Below, in pieces: positions 1-9,106 of a stretch of 64,000 bases of DNA. The stretch's first letter is position 1; every line of letters begins with the position of its first letter. The stretch spans positions 442-64,441 of the forward strand of contig MWCU01000059.1 in assembly GCA_002070205.1 (NCBI GenBank), written 5' to 3'. The translations under genes and the position numbers were made by a program. The stretch comes from Firmicutes bacterium ADurb.Bin182 (GTDB lineage Bacteria; Bacillota; Clostridia; Christensenellales; CAG-138). The notes below the pieces were generated by a model. The model did not search any database. It was not told the DNA's origin and worked only from the letters and a program-made list of their open reading frames with translations.

Positions 1-45
1 AAGCGAGGTCCGCATCGTCCTTACAAGACGACACGGCTTAATTGT

Positions 46-420
46 TTATTTGCACAGGGATGCGAGGTATTCCGCGTCCTTCTTGGATATTTTGCCCGTT
101 TTCGCCAGCGAATCCATGAGGCTTTTTATATCGTCGTCGTGGATCCTTGAAATGAAAAGATCCGTTTCCTGCTCGATATAGGTATTCTTATCGATGGCGG
201 GGATGTAAAAATACCTTGCTCCCCTTGTAACTTCACGGCGCTCGCATATGACCGCGCCCTTTACCACCATGCGGGAAAGATGCGTGATTAACGTCTGTAC
301 GCGCCAGCTTTTTTTCATGAAAGCATTGAGCTCAGCAGCGCTGACCGGCTCGCCGACGGCCCAAAGTGCTTTGATGATTTCCAATTCGCTTTGCGGTAAA
401 CTTTTGATGTTGCTGCCCAT
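46..420 (-). CDS. BlaI/MecI/CopY-family winged-helix transcriptional repressor
   Basis: 124-aa ORF. The N-terminal 'SELEIIKALW...PVSAAELNAFM...WRVQTLITHLSRMVVKGAV' matches the penicillinase-repressor family layout, and there is a C-terminal dimerisation helix. Family recognised by eye. Confidence 0.75.
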   Translation of the reverse strand: MGSNIKSLPQSELEIIKALWAVGEPVSAAELNAFMKKSWRVQTLITHLSRMVVKGAVICERREVTRGARYFYIPAIDKNTYIEQETDLFISRIHDDDIKSLMDSLAKTGKISKKDAEYLASLCK

Positions 421-670
421 TTCCTTTGTACCTCTCCTGAATTTTACATATCAAACGATGACTCGGACATTTAAAAGTTGTCTCCTTTTAGTCATCCGTT
501 TGAAAAAATAATACGCCATTATTATCGCATAATTGTGCCGGATTGTACAGCGCTATTTGCGAAATTGTACATAACAACTTTATCTTGTTTTATTTTTCTA
601 AAGTCGTTGACGAAAAAAAAGGCGTGTTATATATTGGAAAATAAATTACAGGCCGGAATTTGAGGTGTTC

Positions 671-2056
671 ATGAAATATCCGTTCGATATGACGCTTCCT
701 GAAATGCTCGGTTCCTATGCCGTAAAGGGCGCGGCGCGCTTTCATCTGCCGGGACATAAGGGAAGGGGCATGGCGGGGTTTTTCCGCGAAGAAATCGCAC
801 AGTGGGACATTACAGAAATTGAAGGAGCGGACGACCTTTACAATCCTTCCGGAATCCTTCAAAAGTCCCAAAGCCTGTGCGCTGACGCATTCGGCGCGAA
901 AAGGTCTTTTTTTCTGGTAAACGGTTCCACCGCGGGAGTGCATGTCATGATGATGATTGCGGCAAAGCGCGGCAGCGTTTTGTTATCACGCGATTGCCAT
1001 CGCTCGGCGATATCCGGCGCATTCCTCTCCGGCGCGGATTGCAGGTTCGTTATGCCGGATTACGATGAAAGCCTCGGCAGATACGGAATGCCGGCTGCAA
1101 AAGAAATCGATGATATGCTTACGGAGCGCCCGGCGGCCACGGTGATGATAACGTCGCCAAATTATGCGGGAATGTGCGCAGATATTCCCGCGATAGCGAG
1201 CGTCGTTCGAAAGCACGGCGCCCGCCTGTTCGTGGACGCCGCGCACGGGGCGCATTTTCCGTTTTCCCGGCATTTGCCGGTTTCGCCCGCGGGATATGCC
1301 GATATGTGGGTAAACAGCGCCCATAAGACATTAAACGCGCTCGGGCAGGCAGCGCTTTTGCATATTGCGGATGCCGACGACGAACGCGATGTCCTCAGCG
1401 CCTTGCAGACCGTCCAGACCTCCAGCCCTTCTTATATTCTCATGGCTTCGCTTGACTGGGCGAGGCACTCGGCAAAAACGCCGGGATTATGGGACGGTCA
1501 CTGCGAAAAAATGATCGAACTGCGCGAAAAAATAAATAAGCTGCCCGGCATTCGCGTGCTGAATCAAACCGGCCGGGCGGGGGTCGCGGACACGGATGTC
1601 ACCCGCATCACCGTGGACACAAGCCGAAGAGGCATAACAGGACATGAAGCGGCGGAGCATCTTTTGAAGCAGAACGTGATTCCCGAAATGGCGGACGGGC
1701 AGAGCGTCGTATTCATCACAACGCCTTCGGACGATCCACTATGGCATGATATGCTGTTTGAAGCCCTCCGCACGCTTCCGTACGGACACAAAACGGTGCC
1801 TTCGCAGCAAAGGCTGAACGCTTCGGCCGAAAGGGTCATGGATATACGCTCCGCTATGGCGGCAAAAACGCAAATGGTGCCGTTCAGCCGGGCTGCCGGA
1901 CGAATAGCGGCGCAAAGCTTCGGTCCGTATCCGCCCGGAATAGCGCTGGTTACTCCGGGGGAGAGGATAGATAAAACGCATATCAAGTTTTTGGAGGAAT
2001 CGGAAGGCCGCGGGGTGTTCGGCTGCTTCGGCGGAACAGTTTGTTGCGTAACCTGA
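671..2056 (+). CDS. Orn/Lys/Arg decarboxylase-family PLP enzyme (YaaO-like)
   Basis: ORF 665-2056. ATG at 671 follows GAGGTG. 'VNSAHKTL' is the S-x-H-K PLP-lysine motif. 'FLVNGSTAG' and the position upstream of darA-holB match B. subtilis yaaO. Confidence 0.8.
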   Translation: MKYPFDMTLPEMLGSYAVKGAARFHLPGHKGRGMAGFFREEIAQWDITEIEGADDLYNPSGILQKSQSLCADAFGAKRSFFLVNGSTAGVHVMMMIAAKRGSVLLSRDCHRSAISGAFLSGADCRFVMPDYDESLGRYGMPAAKEIDDMLTERPAATVMITSPNYAGMCADIPAIASVVRKHGARLFVDAAHGAHFPFSRHLPVSPAGYADMWVNSAHKTLNALGQAALLHIADADDERDVLSALQTVQTSSPSYILMASLDWARHSAKTPGLWDGHCEKMIELREKINKLPGIRVLNQTGRAGVADTDVTRITVDTSRRGITGHEAAEHLLKQNVIPEMADGQSVVFITTPSDDPLWHDMLFEALRTLPYGHKTVPSQQRLNASAERVMDIRSAMAAKTQMVPFSRAAGRIAAQSFGPYPPGIALVTPGERIDKTHIKFLEESEGRGVFGCFGGTVCCVT

Positions 2057-2078
2057 GGGTTTCGATTAAAATAGAATC

Positions 2079-2729
2079 ATGAAAAATTATAAGACTATAT
2101 TCTTTGATTTGGACGGAACGCTTATTGAATCGGGTCCCGGAATAGTATTCGCGATCCGGGAAATGATGAAGGATCTCGGCCTCCCGGATATGCAGGAGAA
2201 CGAACTGAGTAAATTCGTGGGTCCTCCGCTTATGACAGGCTTTTCCGAATTGCTGGGGCTATCCGGAAGCGCATTGAATGAAGCTATAGCGCTTTACCGC
2301 AAAAAATACGATGAGCTGGGTTTGAATGTCACATCCGCGTATAAAGGGATACCCGAGCTTCTTTGTGAACTCAAGTCCCGGGGAAAAAAGCTGGGCGTGG
2401 TCACGTCAAAGATCCAGCCGACCGCGGAGGCGCATTTAAAGAGATTCGGTTTATGGCAGTATATCGATTACCTTAGAGGGGGGGACCCTCAGGGCATCGG
2501 TGAAAAGGAATATCTGTTAAAGCTTGCCGTTTCGGATATGCTTTCGAAGGACCGGGAGCCGGCCGTAATGGTGGGCGACAGGCTGTTTGACCTCAACGCC
2601 GCTCATGTTGCGGGAATGGACTGCATAGGAGTATTGTACGGGTACGGCACAAGCGAAGAGATTGAGGCCTGTAAGCCGACTTATGTCGCGAGGAGCGTAG
2701 AAGAACTCGCAAAGCTTTTGCTGACGTAA
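2079..2729 (+). CDS. HAD-IA family hydrolase (phosphoglycolate phosphatase-like)
   Basis: Motif I 'FFDLDGTL', motif II 'VVTSK', motif IV 'VGDRLFD'. 216 aa. Confidence 0.8.
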   Translation: MKNYKTIFFDLDGTLIESGPGIVFAIREMMKDLGLPDMQENELSKFVGPPLMTGFSELLGLSGSALNEAIALYRKKYDELGLNVTSAYKGIPELLCELKSRGKKLGVVTSKIQPTAEAHLKRFGLWQYIDYLRGGDPQGIGEKEYLLKLAVSDMLSKDREPAVMVGDRLFDLNAAHVAGMDCIGVLYGYGTSEEIEACKPTYVARSVEELAKLLLT

Positions 2730-2750
2730 ACAAAATAAAGGAGGTGCGAT

Positions 2751-3077
2751 ATGAAGCTTATCATGGCGATCGTTCAAAACGACGATGCAAAACGCCTCAC
2801 CCGTCAGCTTGTAAACGAGGGAATCAGGGTGACCCGCATGGCTAGCACGGGAGGTTTTCTGCACGGGGGCAACACCACTCTCATGATAGGCGTCGAAGAC
2901 GACGAGTTGGATTCGGCGCTGAAGATCATCAAAGAAAAATCCAGCATGCGCAAAGAATACATGGTCATTCCGACGTCGCTTCCCGGATATACGGACAACG
3001 CGCCTACTCCGGTTCAGGTGACGCTTGGCGGCGCGACGGTATTTGTCATCGATGTTGAGCAAACGTTCAGATTTTAA
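2751..3077 (+). CDS. darA: Cyclic-di-AMP receptor, PII-like (DarA/YaaQ)
   Basis: 108 aa. Near-collinear with the B. subtilis DarA sequence as I recall it ('MKLI.A.VQ..D...L...L......VT..A.TGGFL..GNTT.MIGVED' ... 'GGATVFV'). AAGGAGG RBS. Confidence 0.85.
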   Translation: MKLIMAIVQNDDAKRLTRQLVNEGIRVTRMASTGGFLHGGNTTLMIGVEDDELDSALKIIKEKSSMRKEYMVIPTSLPGYTDNAPTPVQVTLGGATVFVIDVEQTFRF

Positions 3078-4014
3078 AAGCGCTTACGGCCGCGCCGAAT
3101 GTTATTTATCCAATGCGATACAAAGCGGCCGCATTCCGCACGCTCTTATTATAGCCGGCCCGGAGGGAAGCGGCAGAGAGGAGCTTGCCCGTTTTATTTG
3201 CAAAAAACTTCTCAAATGCGAAAGCGATAAAAGTCTTGACGCGCATCCCGACTATCTCGAATTCGACTGCGTTCAAAAATCAAAGGATATAGACAGGCTG
3301 CATGCTTTGCTTGAGGAGCTGAGACAGCGTCCTTTCGGCGGCGGTTTTCGCACTGTTTTATTCAGGGAATCGCAGCACTTAAGGGAGCAGTATCAGAATG
3401 TATTGCTCAAAACTCTGGAAGAGCCGCCGGCGAATACCGTGTTTATATTTGAAGGGAACGAGACGGGGCTGCTTCCGACAATACGTTCAAGGAGCGCCGT
3501 GATCCGCATCGGGGTCAGGGACGGGCAGGAACTGAAAGCCATGCTGCTGAATGCGGGTGCAACGCGGGAGGAGGCGGAATTTTACGCAAGGGTTTCGGGC
3601 GGGATCCCGGGCAGCGCTTTAAGCTTATATTCTGACGATGAAAAAAGGAAATTAAGAAATATCGCGCTTGATTGCGCTGAGGCGGCGCTTTCAAGAAAGC
3701 TCGATTTCAGTTTGGGCAATGCAATAGAACAGACCGCGCCCGATACGGAGGATAAAGGAAGGGCGAACGCTCAGTTTGCGCTTGATCGTCTGCTGTCCTT
3801 CTTCAGGGATATGCTTCTTTTGAAGTCCGGTTTTGAGATCGAAGAGAATATTGACAGAACTTCCAGTCTTCATCCGTTAGCCGCCCGCTTTACAAGCGGC
3901 GGGATTAACTGTATCATTGACTTATTGCTTGAGGCGAAAATACGGATAGCGCATAACGCGAACCCGGAGCGTACGCTGGACAGGCTTATGATAGATATTT
4001 CGGAGGTATTATGA
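3052..4014 (+). CDS. holB: DNA polymerase III delta' subunit
   Basis: 'IPHALIIAGPEGSGREELARF' is a degenerate clamp-loader P-loop and 'LLKTLEEPP' is the sensor motif. Synteny darA-holB-ricT. The start must lie at or before 3073, so the gene overlaps darA. ATG 3052 was chosen; 3025 is also possible. Confidence 0.75.
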   Translation: MLSKRSDFKSAYGRAECYLSNAIQSGRIPHALIIAGPEGSGREELARFICKKLLKCESDKSLDAHPDYLEFDCVQKSKDIDRLHALLEELRQRPFGGGFRTVLFRESQHLREQYQNVLLKTLEEPPANTVFIFEGNETGLLPTIRSRSAVIRIGVRDGQELKAMLLNAGATREEAEFYARVSGGIPGSALSLYSDDEKRKLRNIALDCAEAALSRKLDFSLGNAIEQTAPDTEDKGRANAQFALDRLLSFFRDMLLLKSGFEIEENIDRTSSLHPLAARFTSGGINCIIDLLLEAKIRIAHNANPERTLDRLMIDISEVL

Positions 4015-4823
4015 AAACAGTCATCGGGGTGAAATTCAAGGACGGGGGAAAAATCTATTATTTTGACCCCGGCGATAACGATATAAAAGAGGGCGACGGC
4101 GTAATCGTCGAAACGGCGCGGGGCATAGAGTTCGCGGACGTGGTCGCCTCAAATCACGAGGTTCCGGACGAGCAGATCGTTTCCCCGCTGAAAGGTATCG
4201 AGCGCGTGGCGACCGGCGACGATTTCAGAACGCGGAATCAAAACAAAATCAAAGAACGGGAGGCTTTCGAGGACTGCGTCAAAAAAATCGAGAGCCATGG
4301 ATTGGATATGAAGCTTGTCGACGTTGAATATGCGTTCAACGGCAGCAAGATCATTTTTTATTTTACAGCGGAGGGCCGGATCGATTTCAGAGAGCTGGTC
4401 AAAGATCTCGCCGCCGTATATAAAACGAGGATAGAACTTCGGCAGATCGGCGTGAGGGATGAAGCGAAAATGCTGGGAGGGCTCGGATGCTGCGGAAGGC
4501 CTGTGTGCTGCAAAGCGTTTTTGGCCGATTTTCAGCCCGTATCCATAAAAATGGCAAAAGAGCAAAACCTCTCGCTCAGCCCGGCCAAAATATCCGGGCT
4601 TTGCGGAAGGCTTATGTGCTGCCTTAAATACGAGCAGGACACCTATGAGTGCACAAGGAAGCTGATGCCGCGCGTAGGCAAGGACGTTATCGCGCCGGAC
4701 GGCAGGGGTCAGGTGATTGAGAACAACGTGATCACCGAACGCACAAAGGTGAGAGTGATGCTCGAGGACGGGACTCTTGATATCAGGGAATACGACTATC
4801 GGGTGCTTCAGAGCGCGCAGTGA
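4011..4823 (+). CDS. ricT: PSP1-domain regulatory iron-sulfur protein RicT (YaaT)
   Basis: PSP1 C-terminal domain with the Cys clusters 'GGLGCCGRPVCCKAFL' and 'GLCGRLMCCLKYE'. 4-nt overlap with the holB stop. Confidence 0.85.
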   Translation: MKTVIGVKFKDGGKIYYFDPGDNDIKEGDGVIVETARGIEFADVVASNHEVPDEQIVSPLKGIERVATGDDFRTRNQNKIKEREAFEDCVKKIESHGLDMKLVDVEYAFNGSKIIFYFTAEGRIDFRELVKDLAAVYKTRIELRQIGVRDEAKMLGGLGCCGRPVCCKAFLADFQPVSIKMAKEQNLSLSPAKISGLCGRLMCCLKYEQDTYECTRKLMPRVGKDVIAPDGRGQVIENNVITERTKVRVMLEDGTLDIREYDYRVLQSAQ

Positions 4824-4869
4824 CATGCGCCGCTGAATATAAGAAGCTTGCTCAGACTTCTTCGGCATT

Positions 4870-4896
4870 AAAAAAATCCGCTTTTGCGGATTTTTT
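4870..4896. terminator. Bidirectional rho-independent terminator between ricT and ferredoxin
   Basis: AAAAAATCCGC-tttt-GCGGATTTTTT: a perfect hairpin flanked by an A-tract and a T-tract. Confidence 0.85.
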
Positions 4897-4928
4897 CGTA
4901 ATTGCTTGTCTTTTGCGGCTGTCAAGGT

Positions 4929-5111
4929 TTATGCTTTCACATCCGCGGGGTTCGGAGCGCCGACGGGGCAAACGTCCGCGCAAGCGCCGCAGTCTATGCA
5001 CAAACTCGCGTCTATCTCATATTTGTCGTCGCCCTGTGAAATCGCGTTCTGGGCGCATTCGGCTTCGCAAGCCCCGCAGCTGATGCACTCGTCATTGATA
5101 ATATATGCCAT
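4929..5111 (-). CDS. 2x[4Fe-4S] ferredoxin
   Basis: 'CISCGACEAEC' and 'CIDCGACADVCP' motifs. The start MAYII is preceded by GGAGGA. Confidence 0.85.
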   Translation of the reverse strand: MAYIINDECISCGACEAECAQNAISQGDDKYEIDASLCIDCGACADVCPVGAPNPADVKA

Positions 5112-5385
5112 AACAATATCCTCCGACATTTATTTTAATTTATTGTAACACGCGTTTGAAAAAAATCAAGCGTTGCGAAGCTCATCCCTTTTGCCAAAAG
5201 CCGGCAGAATAACGGCAAAATTGCCTTACGGCCGGATTTGAGCGGCCGAAAGAGCAAATTTACTATGAATAATCTGCAAATTTCAACATTATTTATACAC
5301 GTATAAGTAAACATGTGGTAAAGTATATAGAAGTAAAATACAGTAAACCGGTTTATTTATTTACAACTTATCCGGAGGGGGTAAA

Positions 5386-8157
5386 ATGTACAAGCGAATT
5401 GCTCTCATTTTGGCATTGGTGATTTTATTTTCTTTCACCCCGGCAATACGGGATTCGGAAGCGGCGGCTGACTACAGCTGGATCAAAGTAAAGCTTACCA
5501 CCAATAACGCAACGGCCATAACAATGGCGGCCAGCGGAAGCTATTTCATACAGGAGAACGGAAAGGGTTTTACCGGAGGGTCCCTGTATGTCCGTTCAGA
5601 ATTTGACGGTACGCTCACGGTTACGCATTCAAGGGAGGGAGAGCTCTATCGCGGCAAATCCTTCTCCCTGATGCGCGCAAGCATTGACCGCGACGCGGGC
5701 GCCATCAACCTGAACGGAAGGAATTATCTCGGGCATTTCAATATCAGGGTTACATCCAACGGATATCTGCAGGTAGTGAATGTGGTTCCGCTTGCGCATT
5801 ATCTTTACGGGGTCGTAGGCTATGAGATGAGCGACACGTTCCCGCTTGAAGCGCTTAAAGCCCAGGCCGTCGCGGCGAAATGCTATGTTTTGAGCGGAAT
5901 TACCACGAGCGGCGAATACTATATCGGCGACACTTCGACGGATCAGGTCTATAAAGGTTATGATGCTTACGCCCGCAACGTTATCAAAGCTGTGGATTCA
6001 ACGCTCGATAAGGTGCTAACTTACAAGGGTTCCATACTTCGAACCTATTACGCGGCTTCGAACGGAGGGGAAACAAAGCTTGTCAGCGACGCCTGGGGAA
6101 GCTCACAGAGCAACGCGGGATACTCCGTCAGCATAGACGATTATGACTTTCAAAACGTATACAGTCTGAAGGAAACCGCGTTTTTTCCGGTCGGCGGCGG
6201 GAATATGTCGCCTGAGATATACAATTATCTTCTCTCGCTTGCTTCAACAAAGCTTAACGCTTCCGTTAAGAGCGTTGATTATATCATATCGATTGAAGCA
6301 AAATCGCCGAGGTATTCATCCGTATCCAGGGATATGACCAAGGGTCATGTGGAGATGATGGTAACGCTCGGGAACAGCGGCTCGGGCGGTTCGGGATCGG
6401 GATTCGACTTTTTCGATTCCCCCTCCACTCCTTCGGAGGGCGGCGAGCAGGTTCAAGTTTCGGCGGATTTTTATTTGAGCGATTTGTATTATTACGGCGT
6501 ATTCAGAAATGCCTCGCTCAGGATCTACTGGGGCGAGCCCGTGAAAAACGGTTATAATATTTACCATGTGCGCTGGGGCCACGGAGTCGGCTTAAGCCAG
6601 CGCGGCGCGCAGCAGCGCGCGATTGCGGGCCATTCCTATGAACAGATACTGAATTTTTATTATCCCGGAGCACAGCTTTCGACTATGACCGTCAGCCCGC
6701 CTTCGAACCCGGAGCGGCCTCTGCCCGTTACGGGACCCGGAGTCCAAGGAATCACAACGGGCACCGTCAATTTCCGCGCGGCTCCTTCGAGCTCCGCTGA
6801 TAAACTCGGGACCATACCTAAAGGGTCTGTCATTACCGTATACGCGCAGGAAAACGGCTGGGCAGCGGTTGTTTATAACAATGTCTTCGGGTATGTGAGC
6901 ATGGATTATATAGAACTCGCGGGCGAACCGGCGGCAACGCCGCTTCCTACTTCAGGCGCTGCAACGCCCGGCGCATCCCTCCCCGTTTCAGCTTACGGCG
7001 TCGTCACGGGCAGCGGAGTAAACTTCCGCAGCGGGCCCTCAACTTCTTATCCGAGCATAGCAAAGCTTGATAAAGGGACCCAGCTTGAAATATACGAGCA
7101 GGTCGGTTCATGGTATCACGCTGCGGCAAAAGGTATGACGGGATATATAACCTCGAGCTATGTTAAGATAACGGAAACGCCGAAAACCCCGGAACCGACC
7201 GCAGAGCCTACGGTCACACCCTCCGCAGAGCCTTCGGATACGCTTCCGCCGGCAAAGGATATCACTTATTCCACCGGCCTTGTCACGGGCACCGGCGTAA
7301 ATTTCAGGGATAAGCCCAGCACTTCATCCGGCGCCGTTCTCGCGAAGCTTTCAAAGAACACTTCGCTTCTTATCTGGAGCAAGAGCGGAAGCTGGTATTA
7401 TGCCAGCGCGGGCAATATGACGGGATATATACACAGCGATTACGTTAAAATCACCGGTACTTACAACGCTCCGGTAGTGCCGACTCCCGGCATGACTCCG
7501 GAGCCTCCCGGTACCGGCGATCCCATAGGCACCGGGATAACGACTGGCAATGTGAATTTCAGAAAGGGTCCGTCAACATCGGATAAAAAGATAACTCAGC
7601 TCAAAAAGGGTACCAAGCTCACATTATATGCTCTGAGCGACGGATGGTATGAGGCGGAAGTAAACGGCACTCACGGTTTTGTGAGCGCGAAATACGTGTC
7701 CGTCGTTTCCGGAGGGCCCGATACCTCCGAAACTATAGGCGCGACTACGGGACGCGTCAATTTCAGGACCGCTCCCTCTACGAGTTCCGGACAGGTCATA
7801 CGGCTTCTCCCGAAGGGAACGGAATTTACAATACTCGGGGAGACGGGCGACTGGTATAAGGTGAATGTCGACGGACAGACAGGATTTGTTATCAAGGCTT
7901 ACGTCAAGATAATGAAATCCGGCAGCAGTCCGGTACCGGTCACGGACGGGAGCGATTCGCAGCTGCTGAACGGGCGGCCCGCGAAAACGAACGGCACTGT
8001 ATACTTCAGGCAATCGCCGTCCACAGAATACGGCGTTATAATCGCCGAGCTCCCGCCGGGCACAAAAATCGTCGTTTACCAGATATCGGGGGACTGGTGT
8101 CTTGTTTCGGTCGGTTCCACGCTCGGTTATATACACAAAAGCTATGTGGATCTGTGA
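5386..8157 (+). CDS. Secreted SpoIID/LytB-domain protein with six C-terminal SH3b repeats
   Basis: Signal peptide 'ALILALVILFSFTPA'. SpoIID-like core ('AQAVAAKCYV', 'YYAASNGGET', 'HGVGLSQRGA'). Six repeats of '(T)G.VNFR..PS.S......L.KG..L.......GWY....G..GY....YV'. Confidence 0.8.
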   Translation: MYKRIALILALVILFSFTPAIRDSEAAADYSWIKVKLTTNNATAITMAASGSYFIQENGKGFTGGSLYVRSEFDGTLTVTHSREGELYRGKSFSLMRASIDRDAGAINLNGRNYLGHFNIRVTSNGYLQVVNVVPLAHYLYGVVGYEMSDTFPLEALKAQAVAAKCYVLSGITTSGEYYIGDTSTDQVYKGYDAYARNVIKAVDSTLDKVLTYKGSILRTYYAASNGGETKLVSDAWGSSQSNAGYSVSIDDYDFQNVYSLKETAFFPVGGGNMSPEIYNYLLSLASTKLNASVKSVDYIISIEAKSPRYSSVSRDMTKGHVEMMVTLGNSGSGGSGSGFDFFDSPSTPSEGGEQVQVSADFYLSDLYYYGVFRNASLRIYWGEPVKNGYNIYHVRWGHGVGLSQRGAQQRAIAGHSYEQILNFYYPGAQLSTMTVSPPSNPERPLPVTGPGVQGITTGTVNFRAAPSSSADKLGTIPKGSVITVYAQENGWAAVVYNNVFGYVSMDYIELAGEPAATPLPTSGAATPGASLPVSAYGVVTGSGVNFRSGPSTSYPSIAKLDKGTQLEIYEQVGSWYHAAAKGMTGYITSSYVKITETPKTPEPTAEPTVTPSAEPSDTLPPAKDITYSTGLVTGTGVNFRDKPSTSSGAVLAKLSKNTSLLIWSKSGSWYYASAGNMTGYIHSDYVKITGTYNAPVVPTPGMTPEPPGTGDPIGTGITTGNVNFRKGPSTSDKKITQLKKGTKLTLYALSDGWYEAEVNGTHGFVSAKYVSVVSGGPDTSETIGATTGRVNFRTAPSTSSGQVIRLLPKGTEFTILGETGDWYKVNVDGQTGFVIKAYVKIMKSGSSPVPVTDGSDSQLLNGRPAKTNGTVYFRQSPSTEYGVIIAELPPGTKIVVYQISGDWCLVSVGSTLGYIHKSYVDL

Positions 8158-8196
8158 TTAATTCCATAGTATATTAAGGTTTTCCTAAAAACATCC

Positions 8197-8216
8197 GGGG
8201 CGGCATTTGCCGCCCC
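8197..8216 (+). terminator. GC-rich hairpin downstream of the SpoIID/SH3 gene
   Basis: GGGGCGGCA/TGCCGCCCC stem. The trailing T-tract is poor. Confidence 0.4.
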
Positions 8217-8487
8217 TTAGCGTGTTAAAAATGAAAACACGAAACGCGTCTTTTTAATGTTCAAACAACGTTGTCTTCGGATATGCGGGGAATGATCCGG
8301 TTCGTCCGTCTTTTTCCTTTTTCTGAATATTAAATAACGATCAAAGAAAAAGACGCTCGATGTGTCGCTTTGATGTTGTCGTTATTCCCAGCCGGACAAG
8401 TTTCTTCTTTTAAATTTGCCCGGCTTACAGTATAATTAAGTGCACCTCCGATTATTCGGAGGTAAAAAGCATGCGGGGAGCTTTTAA

Positions 8488-9084
8488 ATGTATCTTGTAA
8501 TAGGCCTCGGGAACCCGGGACCGGACTATGCCAAAACGAGGCATAACGCCGGCTTTTTGGTTGTTGACAATCTTTCGGCAAGGTGGGGCATAGAAGTCAG
8601 GAAACGGGCGCACCGCGCTTTGATGGGCGAAGGGAATGCGTGCGGTCAGAAGGTCGTCCTCGCAAAACCCCAAACATATATGAACCTTTCCGGCATGTGC
8701 GTCGCGGATTTGTTCAGGTGGTACAAATGCGAGCATTATGAATTGATACTCGTTTATGATGACGCGGATTTGCCGTCCGGCCATATCCGGATAAGGGAAG
8801 GCGGGAGCGCCGGGACCCATAACGGCATGCGCAGCGTCATCTATCAGCTCGGCTTCGACGATTTTCCGAGGGTTCGAATAGGGATAGGCAGCGCCGAAGA
8901 GCTGGATTTGGCGGATTATGTTCTCTCAAAGCCCGGCGGCGAAGAGGCCGCGGTTTTGAATAAGGCGCTTGAAGAGGCCGCGGATGCGGTCGAAATGATA
9001 GTCCGGGGCGAATTGCAAAAAGCGCAGGCAAAGTATAACAGAAACGCGAAAAAAAAGGCGTCCGGATCGCCTTCGGAGCAGTAA
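8488..9084 (+). CDS. pth: Peptidyl-tRNA hydrolase
   Basis: 'LVIGLGNPGPDYAKTRHNAGF' and 'GTHNGMRS'. Pth-mfd synteny. Confidence 0.9.
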   Translation: MYLVIGLGNPGPDYAKTRHNAGFLVVDNLSARWGIEVRKRAHRALMGEGNACGQKVVLAKPQTYMNLSGMCVADLFRWYKCEHYELILVYDDADLPSGHIRIREGGSAGTHNGMRSVIYQLGFDDFPRVRIGIGSAEELDLADYVLSKPGGEEAAVLNKALEEAADAVEMIVRGELQKAQAKYNRNAKKKASGSPSEQ

Positions 9085-9106
9085 AACCATTCGTGAAGGA
9101 GCGTTA

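Noticed and set aside
4854-4868. The 15-mer AGACTTCTTCGGCAT is shared with 15300-15314. Both copies lie just after stop codons and form the 3' arm of a hairpin.
   Set aside because: There are only two copies and the stems differ in length (6 vs 10 bp). It could be a second minor repeat family, but that cannot be supported from this window alone. It is worth a genome-wide word count.
4149-4925. 258-aa ORF antisense to ricT. Similar long antisense ORFs occur at 14058-14840, 17618-18580, 18947-19615, 37806-38462 and 41680-42423.
   Set aside because: Each lies entirely opposite a gene with strong family motifs. Each has an Arg/Leu/Pro/His-rich, low-complexity composition typical of the antisense frame of GC-rich genes, and none has a start context with an RBS.
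8444-8464. Hairpin CCTCCGA-ttat-TCGGAGG upstream of pth as a possible RBS-sequestering element.
   Set aside because: The GGAGG in the hairpin is 24 nt from the pth ATG, too far to be its RBS. A separate GGGGAG lies at the proper distance, so no regulatory role can be argued from the sequence alone.
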